From a virus: DNA of 64,000 nt. A program made the position numbers and the translations under genes. Below the pieces are notes generated by a model. The model saw only the letters and a list, made by a program, of their open reading frames with translations, did no database searches and had not been told where the DNA came from. Of the stretch, positions 10,461 to 19,093 are shown piece after piece. The DNA lies in the IMG/VR virus record IMGVR_UViG_3300009103_000015, positions 1-64,000 of that record; one strand, given 5' to 3'. Position 1 is the stretch's first letter, and every line of letters begins with the position of its first letter.

Positions 10461-10732
10461 GTAGAAAGTTCTTTTCAAATGTTTGGGGAAAACCTGAATG
10501 GAGTTTACCAACAGAAGATGAAGTCACTAAAAATATTATTAAACTTAGAAAGGATATAGAATCCATGCCCAACTCTCCTGAAAAAACAAAAGCAGTTTAC
10601 ACTTTAGCAAATCAAATGCAAATACTTAGATTAATTCTACATGAAAAGAAGAAGCAGAAATACAGACCTGATGCAAAAGGAAAATGGGTTTGGATAGATG
10701 AAGAAGAATATCAGGGAAGAAAATATGAGTGA
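10451..10732 (+). CDS. Hypothetical protein
   Basis: 93-aa ORF overlapping its neighbours. Confidence 0.6.
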   Translation: MGLGRKFFSNVWGKPEWSLPTEDEVTKNIIKLRKDIESMPNSPEKTKAVYTLANQMQILRLILHEKKKQKYRPDAKGKWVWIDEEEYQGRKYE

Positions 10733-10844
10733 CGTAGATGAATTTCATGAGAGGGCATGGGTTTGTAATCACCCAAACTTATTCTTCAAAGAGTTCAAAT
10801 TTTATTGCAGAGTTTGTGGAAAGGAAGTTCCGAATGGAAAATGA
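10725..10844 (+). CDS. 39-aa Zn-binding microprotein (not in ORF track)
   Basis: MSDVDEFHERAWVCNH...YCRVCGKEVPNGK. Confidence 0.55.
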   Translation: MSDVDEFHERAWVCNHPNLFFKEFKFYCRVCGKEVPNGK

Positions 10845-10935
10845 TGAAACAAAATACTGTATCGAGTGTGGACATTATTATAATGAAAATCATAACGGTG
10901 AAAGAATAATGTGCGAGTGTGAATGTCATGGTTGA
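10834..10935 (+). CDS. CxCxCH microprotein
   Basis: MENDETKYCIECGH...CECECHG; start re-assigned from 10738. Confidence 0.55.
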   Translation: MENDETKYCIECGHYYNENHNGERIMCECECHG

Positions 10936-11191
10936 AGCTCCAACGTGTGGAGTTTGCTTAGCAACAGCAGAAGGAGAACATCAATGGATTCCATCACATC
11001 TAAAGAATGATGATAGATTTACTTTTACCTGTAAATGTAAATGTCATAATGGTAAAGAAGAATTTCAAGAAGCACATAGAAGTAAAGCTTACAACATAAA
11101 ACATTGTATCTACTGTGGGAAGAAAGATTTTAAAGACTTTGATGAGGTATTAGATCATGTCAGAAGAGAATGTAAAAAAAGAAACGTGTGA
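10919..11191 (+). CDS. CxCxCH plus C2HC Zn-finger protein
   Basis: CGVC..H..CKCKCH and CIYC..HVRREC. Confidence 0.6.
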   Translation: MNVMVEAPTCGVCLATAEGEHQWIPSHLKNDDRFTFTCKCKCHNGKEEFQEAHRSKAYNIKHCIYCGKKDFKDFDEVLDHVRRECKKRNV

Positions 11192-11291
11192 GAGATGTGG
11201 TAATGAAATGGATAATCTAAGTGCCTGTCACTTGAGATGTTCAAACTGTGGTGTTGAATACGATTGTTCAGATAAGGGAACTACATGGTAA
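11157..11291 (+). CDS. 44-aa Nitrosopumilus-like CxxCG Zn-ribbon microprotein (not in ORF track)
   Basis: MSEENVKKETCERCGNEMDNLSACHLRCSNCGVEYDCSDKGTTW; recalled as resembling a thaumarchaeal small-protein family. Confidence 0.65.
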   Translation: MSEENVKKETCERCGNEMDNLSACHLRCSNCGVEYDCSDKGTTW

Positions 11292-11842
11292 AAATAATTG
11301 CTATCGGTGGAGTAGCTGGAACTGGAAAGACAAAGATAATTCAAGACTTTATCAAGAAATCAAAAGATTGGAAGGTATCAAAGCCTGAAAAGACATTGGA
11401 TTCTATTTACAGTGAAAAAATGAATTGTTTTGTTCTAGGAAAATATGATCCATTCTATGAAGGTGAAGGTTATGCACAGGGAACTGATAGATTAAGTATG
11501 TCAGTTCAACCACACGCTAAAAAATTCTTCAAGAATCTAAATTCAAACTGTATTTTTGAAGGAGATAGGTTATACAATCAAAAGATGTTAGAGTTTCTAC
11601 TAAATGAAACCAATCACGAATGTTTATTCCTAATTCTAGACTGTAAATCAGATATGCTAATTCAAAGATACAGAAAAAGAAATAGTGAACAGTCTGCTAA
11701 ATTCATTCAAGGTAGATTTACAAAGTATAACAACATAATACGCAACATGAAATCAAACATAACAATAGTAAAGAATGAAACAGAATCAGATTCCAAGAAG
11801 ATTTCTAAGATAATCAACAACTTTATATTGAATGTCAACTAA
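11285..11842 (+). CDS. P-loop nucleotide kinase of the viral DNA-hypermodification type (5-hmU DNA kinase-like)
   Basis: Walker A GGVAGTGKT; LGKY....GTDRLSMSVQP; IFEGDRL. Confidence 0.7.
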   Translation: MVKIIAIGGVAGTGKTKIIQDFIKKSKDWKVSKPEKTLDSIYSEKMNCFVLGKYDPFYEGEGYAQGTDRLSMSVQPHAKKFFKNLNSNCIFEGDRLYNQKMLEFLLNETNHECLFLILDCKSDMLIQRYRKRNSEQSAKFIQGRFTKYNNIIRNMKSNITIVKNETESDSKKISKIINNFILNVN

Positions 11843-11914
11843 TACAATGCATAGAGATCCCTCCGTCAATATACTCTCATTCCGAAAGTAATGGGCGAAC
11901 AAACCATTACCAAA

Positions 11915-12802
11915 TTATTCTAGATTAGAATTATATTTTTCCATTAAATGTTCAACAGAAGCATTAATTATTTCTTCTATTGAAACTTTGTTTGGCATTA
12001 AACCGTTTAGACCACCAAACCCATCTGTATTGTAAATCTGTCTTAACATTTCTCTATCTGCAATAGGTATATCATCGTAGATAACTGGAGCAAAAGGATT
12101 CATTATTGGAAACATCAAACTTGGTAAATCATTTCCAAACTCTTGATCTTCTATATAATGACCAACTCCTAATGCGTGAGCATATTCATGTCTAATTATT
12201 TTTTGAATTGCTTCAGTTGGCATTGGTTTTGCTGTAAGATCAATCTTGTATTCTTCTTTCTTTTCATCACTACATCCTATACAAAAAGTAAAGTTCTGAC
12301 CAATTTCTATACTATCTAGATAAACCATAATGAAAGCCCATTGATGTTTAGAATGAGAAAAGTCAATAGAAGTATAACCTAGTGCTTTTTGATTTGGAAT
12401 GTGTTGACCTGTATTCTCTTTTGCAAATTCTATGAAAATACTACATTCAGAAAAATCTAATACATTCTTATCAAAATGGTTTTCATAATAGACTAATTTC
12501 ATTGGAATATCCCAACCACCTTCTTTATAGAATCTAGTATCTTGAGAATAACTATCCATAGCATCACTCCATTCTTGAACTGTTAGAATAGTCATAGTTA
12601 AGATTCCATCATAGAATCTATCTTGAATTTCTGGAGCTGGTTCCATGATACAGGTCATAGGATTATCTTTATGATATATTCCAGAACCCATAGTTTCTAT
12701 GAAATCTGCGTGGGCTATACCTAATGGTAAAGTGGTCACAGTAGTAGATAGAATGAGTAGAGTAATCAAGAAAATAGAAAGAATCTTCATCATTATTATC
12801 AA
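11915..12802 (-). CDS. Secreted metzincin (matrixin/M10-like) metallopeptidase
   Basis: N-terminal signal peptide ending AHA; HEYAHALGVGH; Met-turn SLMFP; only convincing minus-strand gene. Confidence 0.8.
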   Translation of the reverse strand: MIIMMKILSIFLITLLILSTTVTTLPLGIAHADFIETMGSGIYHKDNPMTCIMEPAPEIQDRFYDGILTMTILTVQEWSDAMDSYSQDTRFYKEGGWDIPMKLVYYENHFDKNVLDFSECSIFIEFAKENTGQHIPNQKALGYTSIDFSHSKHQWAFIMVYLDSIEIGQNFTFCIGCSDEKKEEYKIDLTAKPMPTEAIQKIIRHEYAHALGVGHYIEDQEFGNDLPSLMFPIMNPFAPVIYDDIPIADREMLRQIYNTDGFGGLNGLMPNKVSIEEIINASVEHLMEKYNSNLE

Positions 12803-12865
12803 GGATTTCTAGTTTTTATGTATAAAATTCTAAAACATTATATTCAAATAACAATTATCACTAGT

Positions 12866-13040
12866 ATGGGATTAGGAAAAGCGTTGTTTACTGAAGTTTT
12901 GCAACAGTCTTGTCATTCAGATGGTTTTCTAGCCACTAATCCCAAACACAGTTCTGTGCTTGAACTTGTTTACTTGGAAGTTGGGCAGACTGCTTTCTGA
13001 GACACATCGCAGTTTGGGGAATGTTCAACTTCCATAGTTT
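12866..13040 (+). ncRNA. Candidate structured ncRNA (three consecutive hairpins)
   Basis: Stems 12867-12875/12936-12944, ~12944-12954/12962-12971, and 12975-12987/13022-13034 (two G-U pairs) with inner 12988-12993/13009-13014. Raised GC, TATA-like box at ~12834, T-rich 3' end. Confidence 0.6.
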
Positions 13041-13061
13041 TATTAATTCCAATGACCTAGA

Positions 13062-13367
13062 ATGAACGTGTCAAAAGAAGAAAAAAGCGTAGATGAATTG
13101 GAAGAAATATCAGAAGAGGATTTAGAATTAGATACAATTCTGAAATTATTTGATGAGAAGAGAACAACTAAAGTTTTCAATGCAATAGATTTAGCTTTGA
13201 ATGAAGTTGTGACAGAATTGAAACCAACTCCATACGAAGTAGAAGTTGCATTGAAATTAATAGATTTGAAACTAAAAGATTTAGAAACTCGTTCTGCAAT
13301 AGCTGGTATGCAAGAAACATACAAACCAGAAGATGTAAAAGAAGAACATGAAATGATGTATAAATGA
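13062..13367 (+). CDS. Hypothetical acidic protein
   Basis: 101-aa ORF in operon. Confidence 0.6.
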   Translation: MNVSKEEKSVDELEEISEEDLELDTILKLFDEKRTTKVFNAIDLALNEVVTELKPTPYEVEVALKLIDLKLKDLETRSAIAGMQETYKPEDVKEEHEMMYK

Positions 13368-13630
13368 CAAACACAGATAAGAAAAAAGATCACATCTTTG
13401 TTCCAAATCCAAATCCAGAATGGAATATTAAGATAGCCAATAAAGATGCTGTTGCAGAAAATTATGGAAGTAAGATAGGAAGGGAACAGTATGATGATGT
13501 AGAAACAGGTGCAGTTGAATGTATTCAGAAATCATGTAATAAATTTCCACAGACTGTTTGTCAAGAATGTTTTGAATATGTTTGTGAAGATCACCTTTAT
13601 AGGCATCCAAACTGTAATCAAGGTAAATGA
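13364..13630 (+). CDS. B-box/AN1-like Zn-finger protein
   Basis: CIQKSC....CQEC...VCEDH...H.NC. Confidence 0.55.
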   Translation: MTNTDKKKDHIFVPNPNPEWNIKIANKDAVAENYGSKIGREQYDDVETGAVECIQKSCNKFPQTVCQECFEYVCEDHLYRHPNCNQGK

Positions 13631-13690
13631 TAAGGAAGGAACTCTCTATGCAAAAAAAACTTAAAACGTTTTGTTGTTGGAGAGAATATT

Positions 13691-14011
13691 ATGCTTAGAG
13701 AAAAATGGGAATGGGACACAGTGTTAAGAAAGATGGTAAGAGTAATGGCTATTCAAAAAGAAGAAGATCCTATTACAATCTATGTTCTGATTGACGAAGA
13801 ACAAGAAGATAATACTTTAGATGGAGTAATAATAAATGAATTGAATGAAGAATTAATGAGTATGATAAATTATGAAGTTAAGTGCCCACAATGTAAAACA
13901 ATAACAAAAATAATTGGAGATGTAAAAGCAGAAAAGTGGAGTGAACCTTCATTCAGATGTCCTGATTGTCATATAGAAATACCATTATTAATTAGAAAGG
14001 GAGCTTTGTAA
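13691..14011 (+). CDS. Zn-ribbon protein
   Basis: CPQC...CPDC. Confidence 0.55.
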   Translation: MLREKWEWDTVLRKMVRVMAIQKEEDPITIYVLIDEEQEDNTLDGVIINELNEELMSMINYEVKCPQCKTITKIIGDVKAEKWSEPSFRCPDCHIEIPLLIRKGAL

Positions 14012-14012
14012 T

Positions 14013-14435
14013 ATGTTGCATCCTGAAAAGAAAGAAAAGAAAAAAGAAGTTGATGATAGAAGGGATATGGTAAATAAAATGTTGATAAAGGGAGCAACTC
14101 AATTAGAAATATCAAACCAACTAAAAATTTCCATTAGCACAGTTGAACGTGATGTTAAAGTAATAAAAGAAAATGCTAGTAAGTGGTTAGATGATTTAGC
14201 AAAGAAAGGTATTGTCCATGAATGGAAACAGGGATTAGAAAAGTTAAGAGAAACTGAAAGAAAACTAAATCAAATATTGCAAGAAAAGGAATTATCAAGA
14301 GATGATACACTTAGAATTTTAAAACAAAGAGATGAAAACATAGCATTACAAACTCAATTCTTAATGGATGGTCCAGCACTTCACGCCATAAAATCTCACA
14401 TGAATGATATAGGTGAAATTGATGACCACTTATAG
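14013..14435 (+). CDS. terS: Terminase small subunit (HTH)
   Basis: HTH ATQLEISNQLKISISTVERDV plus helical C-terminus; immediately upstream of TerL. Confidence 0.65.
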   Translation: MLHPEKKEKKKEVDDRRDMVNKMLIKGATQLEISNQLKISISTVERDVKVIKENASKWLDDLAKKGIVHEWKQGLEKLRETERKLNQILQEKELSRDDTLRILKQRDENIALQTQFLMDGPALHAIKSHMNDIGEIDDHL

Positions 14436-16206
14436 AAGTAAGATTCAAACCTTCGTTAAAACAAATACGAATTGGTTAGATGACGAAGAAGAACTTCCAG
14501 AATTACCAACTGATATTAAACAATGGATTAACGTAGCAAGACCTTTTGTTGAAGGTCAACAGATGAGAAGAAGTTTTCTAACGATTCCATTTTGGGAAGC
14601 AATCTATGAAGATAAGACACAAGACATAATGGTTGTCGCTGGAAGACAGGTTTACAAATCTACATTCGCAACAGATATTCTAGCAAATTATACTACCAGT
14701 AGAAACAATATTTCAGTTTGTTATGTAAGTTATGATGATGTTAACAGAAACGCTTTCAGTAATCAGAAATTAAGAGTTGGAACGTTTCTAACAAATCCTA
14801 TTCTACAAAGATTTCCACGTTCTGGAAAGAGTGCTGGAAACGTAGGAGAAGTTCCACTGAAAAATAATTCTACAATATATGTGACAACAGATCATTGGGG
14901 TTATAGACACGTAGAAGGAAAGTCACTTCAGGTTTGTATTCTAGACGAAGCACAATATCATGATATACAATTCTTACCTAAATTGCAAGAAGCTATGACT
15001 GCAACGAAAGGAAGATTATACATTCTAGGAATTGGTGGAGAAGCTGGTTCTCCATACGAAAGATTATGGAATGATACTGATCAAAGAGAATGGATTTACG
15101 AAGATGAGAATTGGAGAGATAAGTTGAAGTTTGATAAACATGGGTTAGTGATTGGAGATTATATGAAAGATATTTTGAAAGGTAAATGGAAATCAAATAA
15201 ACCTCACAATAAACTCTTTCATGGTTATCATATTCCACAATACATAGTTCCAACAATACCTTTGACAATAGATGATGCTGTTAAGAAATACAAACTACAT
15301 CCAAAGTTCTCGATAGAATGGAAGAAGAAACATAATCCAACTTCAATATTCAATTCTCATGTTCTTGGTGGATTCTTCCACGCTTTGAGAAGACCTGTCA
15401 CTAGGGAAATGGTAGAAGCTTGCATGGAATCTGATAAAGTATTGTTAACTCCAAGCCAGATAGCTCAAATCAAAGACAAACAACAAAACAAAGTTAAGAT
15501 TGCATTAGGAGTTGACTTTGGTAGCAGTCCTTCAAAAAGTGCAACAGTAATCTGTATTCTAATTCATTGGAGAGAAACTGATAGATATCAAATGGCATTT
15601 ATGGAAAAAAGACCAGCAGAAAATCAGATGGATCAAGCACAATACATAACAAAGTTGTTTGGTAAATGTAAATGTGATATAGGATTCGGAGACTTAGGAT
15701 ATGGAGCAATTCAAGTTAAAACAATTCAAGATGGTGGAGCAGATAGAACTTCTGGAGAAATATTTGAGGGAGTGACATCTCAAAGATTTGTAGGTTGTAG
15801 AACCGTTGGAGATGAAAGTAAACCTATGATGAGATATGATAAGAAAGTAGATGAACATGGAGAGGTCACAGGTATGATTAAACTAGACAAGACAACTATA
15901 ATCCAAGAGTTCATAGATTTGTTAGAAACTCAAGTTCCAGATAAGAAAGAACCTGAAAATGAAAAGCTAGCAAAAATGAAGTTAAGAATACCTAGTAAGA
16001 AGGATTGGGAAACAGATTGGTTGATTGATGAATTTTGTGAGATAACTCGTAGAGATCTAGATGAAATGGGAGATGTCGAGACAGGTGTTGATAAACGCAT
16101 GAAAGTCAGGAAACTCTTCAACCATCCTAGAGATTCTACAATGTCTGTGATTTATGCAATGAAAGCTCTAGAATTTACGAGTGAATGGCATTGGGTTTCA
16201 GCATAA
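14413..16206 (+). CDS. terL: Terminase large subunit
   Basis: Walker A AGRQVYKS, Walker B VCILDEAQ, RNase H-like ALGVDFG, GFGDLGYG, C-terminal HPRD. Confidence 0.85.
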   Translation: MKLMTTYRSKIQTFVKTNTNWLDDEEELPELPTDIKQWINVARPFVEGQQMRRSFLTIPFWEAIYEDKTQDIMVVAGRQVYKSTFATDILANYTTSRNNISVCYVSYDDVNRNAFSNQKLRVGTFLTNPILQRFPRSGKSAGNVGEVPLKNNSTIYVTTDHWGYRHVEGKSLQVCILDEAQYHDIQFLPKLQEAMTATKGRLYILGIGGEAGSPYERLWNDTDQREWIYEDENWRDKLKFDKHGLVIGDYMKDILKGKWKSNKPHNKLFHGYHIPQYIVPTIPLTIDDAVKKYKLHPKFSIEWKKKHNPTSIFNSHVLGGFFHALRRPVTREMVEACMESDKVLLTPSQIAQIKDKQQNKVKIALGVDFGSSPSKSATVICILIHWRETDRYQMAFMEKRPAENQMDQAQYITKLFGKCKCDIGFGDLGYGAIQVKTIQDGGADRTSGEIFEGVTSQRFVGCRTVGDESKPMMRYDKKVDEHGEVTGMIKLDKTTIIQEFIDLLETQVPDKKEPENEKLAKMKLRIPSKKDWETDWLIDEFCEITRRDLDEMGDVETGVDKRMKVRKLFNHPRDSTMSVIYAMKALEFTSEWHWVSA

Positions 16207-16232
16207 TAAACAATGGATATTTATTTATCAAC

Positions 16233-16246
16233 TTAATTAATTAATT
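16233..16246. promoter_or_regulatory. TTAATTAATTAATT element, copy 1
   Basis: Same 14-mer at 23011-23024 and 53747-53760; partial copy at 18261; all intergenic. Confidence 0.45.
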
Positions 16247-16522
16247 ATGGATGAAATCCTAGAAAATAAGATATGTCCTAGATGCAACAAGAATGAATTA
16301 GAAGAAGATGGCAGAAATGCTGTTTCTAGAAGAGATAACAAAACTCAAATTTGTTCGAGTTGTGGGGAACGAGAAGCTTTCTGTGATTATTTCAAATACA
16401 GTTCGCTTCCAATATCAGAAATAAATGTGGAAAGAAATTTCCATAAGAAAATAGAAAGACCATATTCTAAATATAGAAGCTGGCATAGAAAAATAGATGA
16501 GGGAAGACAATGTCAAGTGTGA
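16247..16522 (+). CDS. Zn-ribbon protein
   Basis: CPRC...NAVSRRDNKTQICSSCG. Confidence 0.6.
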   Translation: MDEILENKICPRCNKNELEEDGRNAVSRRDNKTQICSSCGEREAFCDYFKYSSLPISEINVERNFHKKIERPYSKYRSWHRKIDEGRQCQV

Positions 16523-16845
16523 CACTTCCTGAATACAAAGTCTATTCAGATAAAGGATATGGAGTGACAGAAGAAAGTATTCAATACTTAGAAACTCTGA
16601 AAGGGAAACTTGGTTCTATACGAAACATAAACATTGATCAGAACAGAGAAATGTCTATGGAAATTGTATGCGAAGGTGGATTAGTTCTTCTTTCAGGTTG
16701 CAACTGTGGTTATGGTGGAACTGGTCCACATGGTTCAATAAAAGTTCTAAAGATACTTGGTTTCAAAAACCCAAAAAGATACGAAGAACAAATCTTTGGA
16801 GAAGGGTGTGTAAGAATTGAAGTCAGAGAAAATGTCAGATACTAA
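16510..16845 (+). CDS. Hypothetical protein (GYGGTGPHG motif)
   Basis: 111-aa ORF with a conserved-looking Gly-rich loop. Confidence 0.55.
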   Translation: MSSVTLPEYKVYSDKGYGVTEESIQYLETLKGKLGSIRNINIDQNREMSMEIVCEGGLVLLSGCNCGYGGTGPHGSIKVLKILGFKNPKRYEEQIFGEGCVRIEVRENVRY

Positions 16846-17446
16846 CCCACTTCCAAAAGATTACGAAGTTCATGTGATTGGAACTCCTGAAGGAGCAGAT
16901 AAAGTAATTGCTCTAGATAAAGAAGGAAATCAACTCAATGATATTGAAGATGGAAGTGTAGAAGGTTTCTGTTTCATAAAAAAACTTAGAGATGAATCTC
17001 CAGAGTATGATAGAAAGTTATGGAATGAATTAATTCGTATTGGTAGAAGAATTGAACCAAGAATTGAAGGCGAAACTTTTGGTCAAAACAATCTAAGTAA
17101 ACCTTTCATCAATGCAATCATGGGAACTCTACAATATTATGGAGCATCTGAAAAACAATTAAACCAAACCTTTCAAGACTTAGCAATCGCAAGATATAGA
17201 ATATGGGATTGGCTTGGAATGTGTTATACTGGAGCTCTATGGGCTAAAGGTCAAACTTTCAAATGTATAGAGAACATGGTTAAGTTATACATCTGCCAAG
17301 AAAATGTTGGTGGTTTCTGCTGGTGGTTGAGAGGTCATGACTTAGACATTGAAGAACCTCACAGATGTGGAGATTGTATAAACCAATATAGAAATTGGAT
17401 GAAAGATGTCAAGACTAAAGGTTTAAACCCAAATGACTTTAACTAG
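16817..17446 (+). CDS. Hypothetical protein
   Basis: 209-aa ORF; probable start at the second Met (MSDTNP). Confidence 0.6.
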   Translation: MKSEKMSDTNPLPKDYEVHVIGTPEGADKVIALDKEGNQLNDIEDGSVEGFCFIKKLRDESPEYDRKLWNELIRIGRRIEPRIEGETFGQNNLSKPFINAIMGTLQYYGASEKQLNQTFQDLAIARYRIWDWLGMCYTGALWAKGQTFKCIENMVKLYICQENVGGFCWWLRGHDLDIEEPHRCGDCINQYRNWMKDVKTKGLNPNDFN

Positions 17447-17454
17447 ATATAGAA

Positions 17455-18042
17455 ATGGGAACTGATATTTACTTACATTGGGATAACCAATCCACAGACG
17501 AAGCAGATAAACAGATAACAGGTTTCAGTATCGGTCATGGAAATGTAGGTTATCTTCGTGCATCAATAGGAATGACACAAGAAAATCAATTTCTTAGAAT
17601 GATATTCCCTGAAATATATTGGAAGGGAGAGATATCTGAAGCTGATAAATGTGAATACTGTCAAGGTGATGGTTGGAATGAAACCAGAAAAGAAGAGTGT
17701 AGCGAATGTAAAGGAAGTGGTCAGAAAGATGGTGTATCAGGAATTAGATTTCAATTTAATTCTGCTTCTATGATGGCACTAGCAATATCATCTAGACTAT
17801 ATCTTGCACATGGAATAATGGGAAGTAAAATGCCTGAAGAAGATATTCCTAACAGTAAAATGTTAGAAGCTATACTACACGCAGTTGCAGGCAAAGATAC
17901 AAAAGTTGAAGTTGCTGACATGAATCAACCTGAAGATTTCTTTTCTAAGATAACTTGGTTGAAATCTGTAATAGATTTCTTCTATTTAGGATTGGAAAAA
18001 GAAGAACAAGGTTTGAATCCGAAGGTGTATATCTCATGGTAG
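17455..18042 (+). CDS. Hypothetical protein with DnaJ-type CxxCxGxG Zn-finger insert
   Basis: CEYCQGDG and CSECKGSG. Confidence 0.6.
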   Translation: MGTDIYLHWDNQSTDEADKQITGFSIGHGNVGYLRASIGMTQENQFLRMIFPEIYWKGEISEADKCEYCQGDGWNETRKEECSECKGSGQKDGVSGIRFQFNSASMMALAISSRLYLAHGIMGSKMPEEDIPNSKMLEAILHAVAGKDTKVEVADMNQPEDFFSKITWLKSVIDFFYLGLEKEEQGLNPKVYISW

Positions 18043-18167
18043 AACAAATACAAATACAACGTAAGAGTGGTGGTGGAAAAGATAGAACACTTTCCTACCT
18101 CTGCTTTCGTGGTGGTCACATAAAGTGTAAAGGAAGATCATGCACTTGTGATTGCCACACCCAATAA
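18036..18167 (+). CDS. CxCxCH microprotein
   Basis: MVEQIQ...CFRGGHIKCKGRSCTCDCHTQ; followed by a T-run. Confidence 0.55.
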   Translation: MVEQIQIQRKSGGGKDRTLSYLCFRGGHIKCKGRSCTCDCHTQ

Positions 18168-18186
18168 TTTTTTTTAGATAATTTCA

Positions 18187-18210
18187 CACGAATTGAAGAA
18201 CCAATTCGTG
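18187..18210. repeat. Perfect 9-bp inverted repeat
   Basis: cacgaattg-N6-caattcgtg, just after a T-run. Confidence 0.6.
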
Positions 18211-18310
18211 AACCAGAACCAAAGATCATCAATACATATCATTTTTCAAATTCGTGCCTATTAATTAATAAAGATATTTATAGAAAGAATACATAAATAG
18301 ATTGAAGGAA

Positions 18311-18439
18311 ATGTCCGACCAGATATTGACTACACATGAAGCAGAAGTGTGCGAAGTATGCCAAGATCATTGTGAAATGAGCTCGATGGGTCAACTTCTA
18401 ATCTGTAAAGAGTGTGGTTCTGTCAAAGATGCTGAATGA
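18311..18439 (+). CDS. 42-aa Zn-ribbon microprotein (not in ORF track)
   Basis: MSDQILTTHEAEVCEVC...ICKECGSVKDAE. Confidence 0.55.
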   Translation: MSDQILTTHEAEVCEVCQDHCEMSSMGQLLICKECGSVKDAE

Positions 18440-18613
18440 GATAATTCATTCTCAATACTAATATGACACAAAGTCGTATAGTATTCTAGTGGCAACCATA
18501 CTTAAATTTGAAGATAAGAAAGATTTTGTAGTCTATTTAGAATACATACTTAAATATGAAAACTTGGATTGATCACGAACATTATATAGAAGTAATTTAT
18601 TTAGAAATTAAGT

Positions 18614-19093
18614 ATGGCAAACGCCAAGACACGCAAACACAAAAGACAGAAGAATAAGCAAGACTATATTAGACAGTTTGATGATTTAGATTTAGAATTA
18701 ATCCACACTCTAATAAGATCCTATTCAAAAATACTCAAAATAAATAAACCTGTTTCCTTAGTAGATAAGGAACAAATGGCATCATTATTTTATTTTCACA
18801 TGAATAAAGTTGAAAGAGAAAAGAATGTTAAAGAATTAGACTATATTTTTGGTTCAACATATCCTGATGATAGAGTAGTTTATTTGAACCCAAGACTTTG
18901 TAAGAGAAATTATCAAAGTTTAGTTGATACATTAATACATGAATTATTACACATCAAATATCCTGAAAAAACTGAAGAACAGATACTTGAATTAGAAAGA
19001 CAGTATTCTGGAAGGTATGATTATAACATAAAGAATAATGAAATTTTAAAGAAAGAAGGCTTAACTCAAAACTGCAAGGTGATTAAATTTTGA
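18614..19093 (+). CDS. Zincin-like metallopeptidase (HExxH)
   Basis: DTLIHELLHIKYP, preceded by VYLNP. Confidence 0.65.
   Translation: MANAKTRKHKRQKNKQDYIRQFDDLDLELIHTLIRSYSKILKINKPVSLVDKEQMASLFYFHMNKVEREKNVKELDYIFGSTYPDDRVVYLNPRLCKRNYQSLVDTLIHELLHIKYPEKTEEQILELERQYSGRYDYNIKNNEILKKEGLTQNCKVIKF

Noticed and set aside
11857-11866. 10-mer ACGGAGGGAT shared (reverse strand) with 61264-61273, plus a small hairpin at ~11888-11910
   Set aside because: A single 10-mer match is plausible by chance in 64 kb, and the hairpin may simply be a terminator between convergent genes.
12818-13000. 60-aa ORF from the track
   Set aside because: It begins inside an AT-rich promoter region and has atypical codon use. 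Extensive base-pairing favours an RNA, although a 44-aa product from 12866 is not excluded.
12866-13040. tRNA or H/ACA guide assignment for the ncRNA
   Set aside because: There is no cloverleaf or T-loop. An ACA follows hairpin 1, but I could not identify a convincing K-turn or pseudouridylation pocket.
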